Shown here in pieces: positions 28,171 to 37,658 of a DNA stretch of 64,000 bases (positions within the stretch are counted from its first letter, which is position 1; every line of letters starts with the position of its first letter). The notes below the pieces were generated by a model that was not told the origin of the DNA, did not search any database, and saw only the letters and a list, made by a program, of their open reading frames with translations. This stretch comes from a virus, in the IMG/VR virus record IMGVR_UViG_3300002036_000001, positions 8,506 through 72,505 of that record. One strand, 5' to 3'. Position numbers and translations under genes: made by a program.

Positions 28171-28210
28171 ATGCCACCTATGTACTATTATAGTAGTAGG
28201 TGGCATTTTT
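28171..28210 (+). terminator. Rho-independent terminator
   Basis: ATGCCACCTA (28171-28180) / TAGGTGGCAT (28197-28206), inner TACTA/TAGTA, then TTTT. Confidence 0.85.
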
Positions 28211-28222
28211 CAATATAAAACA

Positions 28223-28927
28223 ATGGCAAAATTAAACGAATTAATTTATGATATTAGGGAGGGTTTAAGAGAGTTTTCTGATGATTCTGAGATAGATAAT
28301 AGGTATATTATTTATTTATATAATATAAAAAGATCTAAGTATCTTAGAAGAGATTTAAATAATTATCAAAAAACTACAGATAATTCTATTAAGCAAACTT
28401 TATGCTTAGAAATGGAAGAAGTTTCTATAGATGAGTGTGGATTAGATTATAATTGTGAAACTATTCTTAGAAGTGTTAAACCAATTCCTACTCCATTAGA
28501 GTTACATACTAAAGTAGCAATAACTACTATAAAACCTACTAATAGAATTAGTAAACCTTTTAATTTTGTAAGTAAAGATAGAATTCCTTATATAGAGGGA
28601 AGTTCTTTTTCTTCTTCGATATATACATTTATAGATGTGGATAATCATGTGTATGTTTACAGTCTATCAGATGCCTATAGATTGATAGAATGTTTAACTG
28701 TTACAGGTATATTTGAAAATCCTCTTGAATTAGAAAATTTTTCTAATTGCTGTGGTTGTAGCTCAGATACTGAAAAATGTTTTGATATTAATAATACAGA
28801 ATATCCTATACAACCTCATTATATAGATTTAATAAGAGAAGAGATAATAAAAGATTTACTTATAACAAAAAGAATCCCAGAAGATAAAACTAACGATAGT
28901 ACTGATTATGAAGAAAAGAATACATAA
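28223..28927 (+). CDS. Tail ring/adaptor protein
   Basis: LNELIYDIRE...SDDS...KQTLCLEM...VTGIFENP...YPI: crAss-like ring-protein pattern in the ring-IHF-ring-muzzle block. Confidence 0.65.
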   Translation: MAKLNELIYDIREGLREFSDDSEIDNRYIIYLYNIKRSKYLRRDLNNYQKTTDNSIKQTLCLEMEEVSIDECGLDYNCETILRSVKPIPTPLELHTKVAITTIKPTNRISKPFNFVSKDRIPYIEGSSFSSSIYTFIDVDNHVYVYSLSDAYRLIECLTVTGIFENPLELENFSNCCGCSSDTEKCFDINNTEYPIQPHYIDLIREEIIKDLLITKRIPEDKTNDSTDYEEKNT

Positions 28928-29414
28928 AATTAAAAGCCATTTTGGCTTATCTGATTTTTTTAAATTCTTTAGTAAGCAAAATGATTATAAAATAGATAAA
29001 AATACCTATAATAAAATTATTACTGATTTTAATGAGGAAATAAGAGAGTTAATTATAAATGATAATTTAATATATTCTTTACCTCATCTAGGATTTGAAG
29101 TAGTATTAAAAAAAGACAAAAGAAAGCCTAGGATAGTAAATGGAAAGCTCATTAACAATATTCCAGTAGATTGGAAAGCTACTAATGAATTATGGAATAA
29201 AAACCCTGAATCAAAAAAAAAGAAGTTGTTAGTAAGGTATAGAAATTCTCATACCTCTGGTTATATATTTAGAATATATTTTAAAAAATTTAAATGTAAT
29301 CTAAAAAATAGAAGTTTATATAAATTTCAACCAAATAGAAAATTCAAAAGACAATTAAGTGCAAGAATAAAAGATCCTAATAAGGATAATTTAGATGCAT
29401 TTTTACTATATTAA
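28908..29414 (+). CDS. HU/IHF-like protein with extended arm
   Basis: Basic; TYNKIITDFNEEI...SLPHLG...PVDWKATNELW...FQPNRKFKRQLS; conserved position in crAss-like tail modules. Confidence 0.65.
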   Translation: MKKRIHKIKSHFGLSDFFKFFSKQNDYKIDKNTYNKIITDFNEEIRELIINDNLIYSLPHLGFEVVLKKDKRKPRIVNGKLINNIPVDWKATNELWNKNPESKKKKLLVRYRNSHTSGYIFRIYFKKFKCNLKNRSLYKFQPNRKFKRQLSARIKDPNKDNLDAFLLY

Positions 29415-29425
29415 AACTTATTACT

Positions 29426-30157
29426 ATGTACAATGGACAAACAATATCGTTAAAAGCGATCTTATGGAAAATAATGTTACATCCTTTAGCAGCACAATTA
29501 ACATATGAAGATGCCGCTGAATATGCTATAGAAGCAATTAGATTACTAGGTGCGCCACTAGCTTTATTAGATAAAGTAACTAAACCCCCAATTACTATAA
29601 ATAGTTATAAAGCTGCATTACCTGCGGATTTATTAAATTTTAAAGGAGTAAGACTTTTAAAAAGTAAAGAAGATCATGGTTTACCTGATATTGCATTAAG
29701 ATATGCTACTGATATTTATCATAAAGGTCTTAATTGTAGTACAGAAGATAATTGTTCTACTACAGAATATACTTATACAGTTCAAAATGGAGTTATTTTT
29801 ACTTCTTTTGAAGAAGGAGAAATAGAGATAAGTTATAAATCATTACCAGTAGATGATGATGGATTTCCTTTAATACCTAATAACCAAAAAACTAAATTAG
29901 CAATAGAGTATTACGTCTTATATAGATTTTTAGAACCTTTGTATGATATAGGAAAAATAACTGATAAAGCTTTTAATAGAATAGAGCAAAATAAATGTTG
30001 GTATATAGGAAGTGCAAACTCTTCTTTACTATTACAAGGTCCTGACCATGTAGAAAGTATTATGAATTCTATAAATAGATTAATAATTAATGACCAAGCG
30101 TTTAAAAATTTCCATAAAGGAGCAGGAGAAAGAGAAAGATTAAAAAGATATAAGTAA
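29426..30157 (+). CDS. Tail tubular/ring protein
   Basis: ITINSYKAALPADL, YTVQNGVIFTSFEEGEIEISY..LPVDDDGFPLIP; directly upstream of the muzzle gene. Confidence 0.7.
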   Translation: MYNGQTISLKAILWKIMLHPLAAQLTYEDAAEYAIEAIRLLGAPLALLDKVTKPPITINSYKAALPADLLNFKGVRLLKSKEDHGLPDIALRYATDIYHKGLNCSTEDNCSTTEYTYTVQNGVIFTSFEEGEIEISYKSLPVDDDGFPLIPNNQKTKLAIEYYVLYRFLEPLYDIGKITDKAFNRIEQNKCWYIGSANSSLLLQGPDHVESIMNSINRLIINDQAFKNFHKGAGERERLKRYK

Positions 30158-30158
30158 G

Positions 30159-33100
30159 ATGTCAAATAAAAAAATTAGATATTCATTTAAAGGTGCTTTA
30201 AAAGATGTTACTAAAAGTAAACATCCTAGAGATTATTATGTAGAAGCACAGCATATAAAGATATTAGCTACAGATAGTCAAAGTACTGCTAGTGTAACTA
30301 ATGAAAAAGGTAATGAACTTATAGTAACTATACCTGCAATAGCTTTAGACAATTCTACTAATACTATCACATATAATACCTCTACTATTTCATACGAAAG
30401 TAATGGAGAACTTAGTGAACAAATAAATAATAATTTAATAGGTACTTCTTCATCTAGTCAAAAGATTATAGGAGATGTTCCTACTAGAAATGGTATAATT
30501 TTATTTAGTACAGATGATTTAGGATTTGATTGTATTTGGCTAGTAGATAAAGTATTAGAAGGACAATATATTTTAAAACTACTTTATGTTAGAAATTTAG
30601 GGTTTTCTACTAATAATCCTATTCAAGCACTATTTAATTATGAAAATGATATAATTCAAAAAGTTTATTGGGTAGATGGAAATAATCAATTACGATTTGT
30701 GAATATAGAGAATAGTATTGAAAATGGAGATTTAGAAAATCTTATTGATTTAAATTCTGCAAATATAGATATTACAGGTAATTATAATTTATCTCAACCT
30801 TTTATAGAACAAGTTACACAAGGAGGTACACATACTTCTGGAGTAATTCAATATACATATAATCTATATAAATTAAATGGATCACAAACAACTATAGCTC
30901 CATTAAGTGAGCTTAGACCTCTTGACTTAGGTACTAGTTTAGGAGGAGGAGAGTTAAATGAAATTGTAGGAGCAAGCCCTTTAGTTAAAATAGAAGATAT
31001 TGATACTAGATATACTCATATAAAAGTATATGCTATAAAATATACATCGTATAATCAATTACCTCAAATTTCTATAATAGTTGACGAGGAAATTACTAAT
31101 TTTAATTCTTTTAGTTATTTTGATGATGGAAATGTTATAAATAATATTTCTATATCAGAATTCTTATTTTTAGGGTCAAATGTATTTTCACCTAAACATA
31201 TAGAAAGTCAAGATAATAGATTATTTGCTTCAAATGTTAAAGATGAAAATTTTAACTTTGAAATAGATGCTAGAGCTTATAGTCATAATAATATAGGAGT
31301 TTCAGTTATTTATGATGATGTAACTGTTAATAATAATATACCTAATGGTACAAGTCATACTGTAAATACTACTACATATATAGTTCCAGAAAAACACGAC
31401 TCTATTAACTTAAATTATGATTTATTTAAATTTCAAAAAGATGGTAGTACTATAGGTGGGGAAGGTAGATTTTTAAAGTATGAAATAGTTAAGAAAACCT
31501 TTCAACAACTAGAAGAAAGAGATTTAAGATTAAATCAATTCTTTAAAGATAATGAAATATATAGAATAGGAATACAATTTTATAATCCTTTAGGACAAAT
31601 TAGTCAACCTTTTTGGATAGCAGATTTTAAATCTCCTACTGGAAACTTACAGGGTAATTATAGTACTTTAAAAGTAGAATTAAATATTCCTGAAATAAAT
31701 TCTTATATAGATGGATTAGGTTTAGTAATAAATCAAAGACCTGTAGGATATAAAATTATTAGAGCAGATAGAACTATAAATGATAAAACTATCATCTGTC
31801 AAGGTAATTTAAGTGGAATGATGGTTCAGACTACTAAAGATGTAGCAAATTTTAATTATTGGAAAGCTCCTGACCCTTATAGTCCTAATTCTGAATCAAG
31901 AAGATTAGAGTCCTTAGAAAGACCTAAATTACCTATACTAGCAACTAGAGGATTTAATTTTTTTGGAGGACCTTATCCTGTATTAGGTTATGGACATTTA
32001 AAAATGTTAAATGAAGGTGTCGCAGAACAAGATCAAGAAATATACAGAGAAGATGATACTGACTACAAAAGACAACAAACTTGGCAGTATTTGAAAATGA
32101 TGCAACTTTATTCTCCTGATGTATTGTTTGATACAGGAATTAGTTTTACAAACAGTATGCAATTAAGAGTTATTGGTGCTTATGAAGATCCTATTGATGG
32201 TGTCTGGAGTAAAGTAAGAGATACTAGATCAGGAAATGAAACTTTTAATTTTGTTGAGACAGGAACTAATAGTTTCAAAAGAGGAAGTAATTTTGGTATG
32301 TATGGACCTGGAGATGACAGTGAAGATAATGAATCAATAGCTGCTAGATTTTTACAACTATATAGAGGGTATGAAAATAATTTAACTCCTAGTTCAATAG
32401 GGGTATATGATATATATGGTAAACCTGAGATAACAGAGAGAGGACAAGGTAATACTTCATACAATGGAGATAACCAATTTAGATATATTAATTCATTAGA
32501 AAATTTATTATCAGATAGATATAAAAGAACTAATAGACCAAGAGAAGATGAAGATGCTATTGTATCTGCTAATTGTTTTGGAGCTAAGTGTGTTACTTTA
32601 GTACAAGGTACAGATACCCAAGATGAGCAAGATAGACTTTCTTTAATAGATATGTTTGTAAATACAAATATAGCAAATGAGAATTGTTTATTAATGGCAG
32701 AAATAGCTTTTCCTGATTTTTATAGATATGTCGGTAATATTTATGGAGGAAATTCTTATGAGTCAAAAACTAGAACATCCTATATAGAAATAGGTAAGTA
32801 CAATGATATTACATCTTCTAGTGTTCAAATAGATTCTCCTGGAGATACTTTTGTACAAGATTTTCAATTTGGAAGACTTCTTAAGACAGATACAGAAAGA
32901 TTTTCAAGTGATGTACAACAAATGTCTGAGATTTTAAAGTATACTGTTGAAACATCTGTAAATTTAATTAATAGAAGTGATTTATCCATTCAAGAATGGG
33001 ATAATAAGTTTCAACCAAGAAATGATGAATATCATGAATATAATAGAGTATATTCTCAGCAGCCTTCATTAATTCAAAATCAAGCAGAATCTTTTAAATT

Positions 33101-34166
33101 TAAAAAAGTTAATTCTTTTGATACAAGAGTTATTTCCTCTAAATTAAAAGTTCCTGGAGAAGTAATAGATAATTGGACAGATTTTTTGGAAAATGAAGTA
33201 ATTGACTTAGATGGTAAATATGGACCTATTAATGGTTTAGTTAGTTTTAAAGATTCTATATTTACTTTTCAAGATAAAGCAATATCTTTATTATCTATTA
33301 ATCCAAGGGTACAAGTTCAAGGAAATGATGGAGTAGATATAGAATTAGGTAGAGGAGGAATACTATATGATTTTAAATACTTAACTACAAAGTCTGGTTC
33401 TATTAATAAATGGGGGATGGTGTCTACTAAAAAAGGAATATATTATTATGATGCTCTAAATAAGTCAGTAGGAAGAGTTCCAGATGCTACAGAGATGGTT
33501 TTAAGCGATATAAAAGGGTTTCATAGTTTCTTTAACACTAACTATAATTATAATGATATAGTCGTTGATAACCCTTTAAAACAAAAAGGAGTAGTATTTG
33601 GTTATGATAATTATAACAATGATGTATATTTCTCTATATTACAAGGTGAAAATAGTTTTACATGGTGTTATAATGAATTAAAGGATGAATTTATTGATTT
33701 AAAGACATATCAACCAAGTAGATATATAAGTATAGGAGAAAGGTTAATAGTAACTAATCCTTTAGATAATAAATTATATGAACAGTACAAAGGAGAATAT
33801 AATAAATTCTTTGAAGAGTATAAACCAAGTTATATTATTTTACAAGTAAATCCAGAATCTAATTATGATTGTGTATTTGATACTATAGAATATACTTCTG
33901 AATTATATTTAAATGATATAGATCAACCTGAAAGAACTTTATCACATATTCAAGCTTATAATGAATATCAAGATTCAGGAAGAATACCTTTAGTACTAGG
34001 AAGAAATAAAAACTTAAGAAGAAAGTTTAGAGAGTGGAAAGCTTTAATACCTAGAGAAGGTAGAAATAGAATAAGAAATCCTTGGATATACTTAAAACTA
34101 GAGCTTGAGAACACTTCTAATTATAAATTAATACTACATGATATTATAATAAATTATACTGTATAA
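30159..34166 (+). CDS. Tail stabilisation / muzzle protein (P22 gp10-like role)
   Basis: 1335 aa beta-rich; YWVDGNNQLRFVNI, DLDGKYGPI, C-terminal RKFREWKALIPR...RIRNPW; position before the cargo genes. Confidence 0.75.
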   Translation: MSNKKIRYSFKGALKDVTKSKHPRDYYVEAQHIKILATDSQSTASVTNEKGNELIVTIPAIALDNSTNTITYNTSTISYESNGELSEQINNNLIGTSSSSQKIIGDVPTRNGIILFSTDDLGFDCIWLVDKVLEGQYILKLLYVRNLGFSTNNPIQALFNYENDIIQKVYWVDGNNQLRFVNIENSIENGDLENLIDLNSANIDITGNYNLSQPFIEQVTQGGTHTSGVIQYTYNLYKLNGSQTTIAPLSELRPLDLGTSLGGGELNEIVGASPLVKIEDIDTRYTHIKVYAIKYTSYNQLPQISIIVDEEITNFNSFSYFDDGNVINNISISEFLFLGSNVFSPKHIESQDNRLFASNVKDENFNFEIDARAYSHNNIGVSVIYDDVTVNNNIPNGTSHTVNTTTYIVPEKHDSINLNYDLFKFQKDGSTIGGEGRFLKYEIVKKTFQQLEERDLRLNQFFKDNEIYRIGIQFYNPLGQISQPFWIADFKSPTGNLQGNYSTLKVELNIPEINSYIDGLGLVINQRPVGYKIIRADRTINDKTIICQGNLSGMMVQTTKDVANFNYWKAPDPYSPNSESRRLESLERPKLPILATRGFNFFGGPYPVLGYGHLKMLNEGVAEQDQEIYREDDTDYKRQQTWQYLKMMQLYSPDVLFDTGISFTNSMQLRVIGAYEDPIDGVWSKVRDTRSGNETFNFVETGTNSFKRGSNFGMYGPGDDSEDNESIAARFLQLYRGYENNLTPSSIGVYDIYGKPEITERGQGNTSYNGDNQFRYINSLENLLSDRYKRTNRPREDEDAIVSANCFGAKCVTLVQGTDTQDEQDRLSLIDMFVNTNIANENCLLMAEIAFPDFYRYVGNIYGGNSYESKTRTSYIEIGKYNDITSSSVQIDSPGDTFVQDFQFGRLLKTDTERFSSDVQQMSEILKYTVETSVNLINRSDLSIQEWDNKFQPRNDEYHEYNRVYSQQPSLIQNQAESFKFKKVNSFDTRVISSKLKVPGEVIDNWTDFLENEVIDLDGKYGPINGLVSFKDSIFTFQDKAISLLSINPRVQVQGNDGVDIELGRGGILYDFKYLTTKSGSINKWGMVSTKKGIYYYDALNKSVGRVPDATEMVLSDIKGFHSFFNTNYNYNDIVVDNPLKQKGVVFGYDNYNNDVYFSILQGENSFTWCYNELKDEFIDLKTYQPSRYISIGERLIVTNPLDNKLYEQYKGEYNKFFEEYKPSYIILQVNPESNYDCVFDTIEYTSELYLNDIDQPERTLSHIQAYNEYQDSGRIPLVLGRNKNLRRKFREWKALIPREGRNRIRNPWIYLKLELENTSNYKLILHDIIINYTV

Positions 34167-34197
34167 TATTAATTATTATAAAATGTAGTAATAATTT

Positions 34198-34228
34198 TTT
34201 GGTTTTATATTAAAAATTATTATATTGT
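34198..34228 (+). promoter_or_regulatory. Possible promoter for the cargo genes
   Basis: TTTG 34198-34201, 19-nt spacer, TATATTGT (imperfect -7 box). Confidence 0.35.
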
Positions 34229-34235
34229 ATAGATA

Positions 34236-35843
34236 ATGAACGAAAGAGATAAACTTATTAATAAACTTATTAAAGAAAAAGGAGGTACTAGAGAACAATA
34301 CCTCCAGCTTCTTAATAAAATAGCTTACCATGAATCTGCTGGTACATTAGATCCTACATTAAAACAATATGGGGGAGGACCTGGTAGAGGTAAATATCAA
34401 TTTGAAGAAGGTAAAAATCAAGGAGGAATAACTGCTGCAAGAAGAACTAAACAATATTTAAAAGAAATAGGTGAAACTATTCCTAAATGGTTAGATGCAG
34501 CAACTACAAAAGAAACATTAGATGCTTCTAAACTATCCTCTGACCAACAAGATATATTATTTTTAGGAAATATGAGAAAACATCCTAAAGCTAATTTTAA
34601 AAATGTATGGGAAGGAAAAGAATCTATATCTGATTTTTGGAGTAAATATCATTGGGCTGGAAATCCTAAAGATAAAAAAATAAGAGTAGACTCTTTCAAC
34701 GTATCTTCTAAAAAGTATGATGATAAATACAAAAGTAAACCTTTTCAAAAAGAAGAACTTCCTTCTGTAAATATTCCTACACAAAAACAACTTAGTAATT
34801 CTTTACCTAATTTAAAAAGTATAAATAAACCTTTATCTAAAGAGGTAAATAGTAAAGTAGTTGATAATACTTATGTAGCCCCTAAATCTGAAAAGACATA
34901 TAATACAAATTCATTAATTAATTTTGAAACTGGAGTTGATCCAAGAGGAAATTTTAATAACTTAATTAATTATATGAAATTTCAAGATACTAATAAGAAA
35001 TCAATGGGAGGAAATATATCTTCTAGTACATCTGATGATAGTTTAACTACTTTTAAAGGAGGAGGAACACATGAACAGAATTCTTTAGGAGGTATTCCAC
35101 AAGGAATAGGTAGTAATGGTAAATTAAATACTGTTGAAGAAGATGAAACTTCTTTTGATCTTCCAGATGGAAAATTTATATTCTCTAATAGAATAAATGT
35201 AGGAACTCCTAAAGACTTTACATCAAATTATATAAAATCTCCAAATTATAGAAAAAGATTAAAAAGTTCTGGATATGGAGATATAGATAAAGAAATTGAA
35301 AGTAGGCTTAATAATGTTAAGAAAACTAATATAATAGAACAAGAAGAATCTCCTTCTTTGTTTAGACAATTAATTAAGGATATTAAAGGAGAAGATTATA
35401 GTACTAAAGGATCAATATATAACCCAAATACTAATAATATAATATTAGATAAAAAACAAATTGATACTTTTTTTATGGATAAAGATAATGTAGCTGCACA
35501 TGAATTTGCTCATAGCGAATTAGATGAAAAATCACATTACAGTACTAGATTAAATAAATATGATGAAGATAAATTAACTTCTTTATTAAAATCATCTGTA
35601 ACTGATAAACATTCTTTAAAACCAGATGAAAATAAGGCTGATTTAAATGCATTAAGATACCAATTACAAGAATTAGGATATGATGCAGGAAAAGATGAAT
35701 TTAATGAAACTATATTAAACAAACTAAAAGGTTCCTTTATTAAAAAAAGATTATTAAAAAATTATTCTAAAAAGAATTTAATCTGGCTAATGAATAATAT
35801 AGCACAAAATACTAATAAAAATAATAATACAAATATAGCGTAA
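34236..35843 (+). CDS. Cargo protein: lysozyme/transglycosylase-like N-domain and zincin-like C-domain
   Basis: IAYHES (E at 34332)...GPGRGKYQFE; central GGTHEQNSLGG...FIFSNR module; HEFAH at 35499-35513 with downstream DENKAD. Confidence 0.6.
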   Translation: MNERDKLINKLIKEKGGTREQYLQLLNKIAYHESAGTLDPTLKQYGGGPGRGKYQFEEGKNQGGITAARRTKQYLKEIGETIPKWLDAATTKETLDASKLSSDQQDILFLGNMRKHPKANFKNVWEGKESISDFWSKYHWAGNPKDKKIRVDSFNVSSKKYDDKYKSKPFQKEELPSVNIPTQKQLSNSLPNLKSINKPLSKEVNSKVVDNTYVAPKSEKTYNTNSLINFETGVDPRGNFNNLINYMKFQDTNKKSMGGNISSSTSDDSLTTFKGGGTHEQNSLGGIPQGIGSNGKLNTVEEDETSFDLPDGKFIFSNRINVGTPKDFTSNYIKSPNYRKRLKSSGYGDIDKEIESRLNNVKKTNIIEQEESPSLFRQLIKDIKGEDYSTKGSIYNPNTNNIILDKKQIDTFFMDKDNVAAHEFAHSELDEKSHYSTRLNKYDEDKLTSLLKSSVTDKHSLKPDENKADLNALRYQLQELGYDAGKDEFNETILNKLKGSFIKKRLLKNYSKKNLIWLMNNIAQNTNKNNNTNIA

Positions 35844-37657
35844 TGAACGACTTAATTAAAAAATTTAACCTCCCTAAATATATAAAAGGAAAATCTTTTT
35901 CAGATGCTTCTAAACTTATAGAAGGAAAATTTAAAGATAGATTAGATAAAGTATCTTTAAATACTAAAAAAGAGTTATTAAATAGGTTATCAAAAGCACA
36001 AGAATACACAAAGATGCAACAATCTTTGAAAGAAAATTCTACACAAGTTCCAGATCAATTAGATGGTCAAATACCTCAAGGTATGGAACAATATACACAA
36101 AATCAATCTAATGATGGCGGATATATAGAGGATGAAGGTACTGGAAATTATATGCAAGCTGCACAAGGTGTATTAGAAATGGGAAACTCTTTATTTGGAA
36201 AACCTAAACAAGTTAATCCAGATGAAAACAAAGTATCAGGATCAAATGCTGCTATAGGAGGTGCTTTAAAAGGTGCGCAGGCAGGTATGGCATTTGGACC
36301 TTGGGGAGCTGCTATAGGAGGTCTTGCAGGAGGAGTATCTGGATTAATTGGAGGTAAAAAGAGAAATAATGCAATAGAAGAAGTTAAAGAGAATCAAACT
36401 CATTTAGCATACAATAATCTTATGAATAATTATTCATTTGGAGGGTATTCTAATTTAAATACTAATCCAAGTAATAATGATCCTAAAAATAAAAAACCTA
36501 AACCTACTTTAGAAAATATAAATACTATTAAATCTAATATGGAAAAACAAGGTAGAGGGTTTAATGCTCAAGAAGTTGCAGATTTAGCTAAAAAGGGTAT
36601 AGTAGTAGAAGAGGGTGGAGATAGTAACTTATTTGATATAAGTGATAGTCCAGTAGAAAGAGGACATCTTCCAGAGTTAAATTTAGGAAGATATAAAGGT
36701 TTAGATTATTTTGATGTACAAGGAAATGGTCAGTCTTATAATATTTCTCCTACTAGAAACAATCCTGCTAATGCAAGAATGTTTAGAGATAATTTAAAAT
36801 ATTTACAAGGTCTAAATCCTAATGCAAATATAATGAAGGATGGACATAAAAATAATTATATCCCCTCTCAAAACAGAAAAGCTAACGGAGGATATGTAAA
36901 TACTTATGCAGAAGGTGGTAAACTTCCTATTAAAGAAGATACTGATGCAAGTGTATTTGGTGCTGATGAATTTAAAGGTAGTGTACCACAAGTAGATGCA
37001 TCAATTCCTTCTACAAAAACACCTGGATTCGGAGATAAAGCAGTAGATTGGTTAGGGCAAAATTATGGTAATGTTATGAGATATGCTCCTGTAGCTGCAA
37101 ATGCTGTAGAACTTGCTAAATTAAAAAAGGCTAAAGATCCTGTAAGAGATAGACTAAGAAATAGATTTAAAAAGACTAGTGTAGATGAAAGAAGATTACT
37201 TAATGAAGTAAATAACTCTAATATAACAGGAGCTATTACAGAAGCATCAGGAGGTAATTTAGGAAGTTTAAGAAGTAATCTATTAGCAAGTCAATTAAAT
37301 AAAACCAAGGCTATCTCAGATGCTTATACTAAGGTAGAAGATGTTAACAGAGATCAAGATAATAAAAAACAACAATTTGATCTTAATATAGATAGAACAA
37401 ATTTAGGGCAAAGTAATTTAGATGAAGTAGATAGTCAAGCAAATGAAGGAGCTTATCAATCTGCTAAATCACAGCTTAAAAAATCTTTATATGAAGATAT
37501 TGGAAATATAGGGAAGGAAGAAGTTAATAAGAAACTTGTCAAAGAAATGTTTGGATATAAATGGAATGGAAAATATTATGTAGATAGTAAAGGAAATAAA
37601 CATGACAAAAAAGATGTTGCTGCTCAAATAGAAGAAATTAGAAGTAAAAGAAAATAA
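35843..37657 (+). CDS. Cargo/ejection protein with glycine-zipper hydrophobic hairpin
   Basis: AAIGGALKGAQAGMAFGPWGAAIGGLAGGVSGLIGG; Q/N-rich coiled coil. Confidence 0.6.
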   Translation: MNDLIKKFNLPKYIKGKSFSDASKLIEGKFKDRLDKVSLNTKKELLNRLSKAQEYTKMQQSLKENSTQVPDQLDGQIPQGMEQYTQNQSNDGGYIEDEGTGNYMQAAQGVLEMGNSLFGKPKQVNPDENKVSGSNAAIGGALKGAQAGMAFGPWGAAIGGLAGGVSGLIGGKKRNNAIEEVKENQTHLAYNNLMNNYSFGGYSNLNTNPSNNDPKNKKPKPTLENINTIKSNMEKQGRGFNAQEVADLAKKGIVVEEGGDSNLFDISDSPVERGHLPELNLGRYKGLDYFDVQGNGQSYNISPTRNNPANARMFRDNLKYLQGLNPNANIMKDGHKNNYIPSQNRKANGGYVNTYAEGGKLPIKEDTDASVFGADEFKGSVPQVDASIPSTKTPGFGDKAVDWLGQNYGNVMRYAPVAANAVELAKLKKAKDPVRDRLRNRFKKTSVDERRLLNEVNNSNITGAITEASGGNLGSLRSNLLASQLNKTKAISDAYTKVEDVNRDQDNKKQQFDLNIDRTNLGQSNLDEVDSQANEGAYQSAKSQLKKSLYEDIGNIGKEEVNKKLVKEMFGYKWNGKYYVDSKGNKHDKKDVAAQIEEIRSKRK

Positions 37658-37658
37658 A

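Noticed and set aside
34153-34167. Inverted repeat ATTATAC-T-GTATAAT upstream of the cargo genes
   Set aside because: AT-rich, occurs once and differs from the AATAGCTATT box; chance occurrence is likely.
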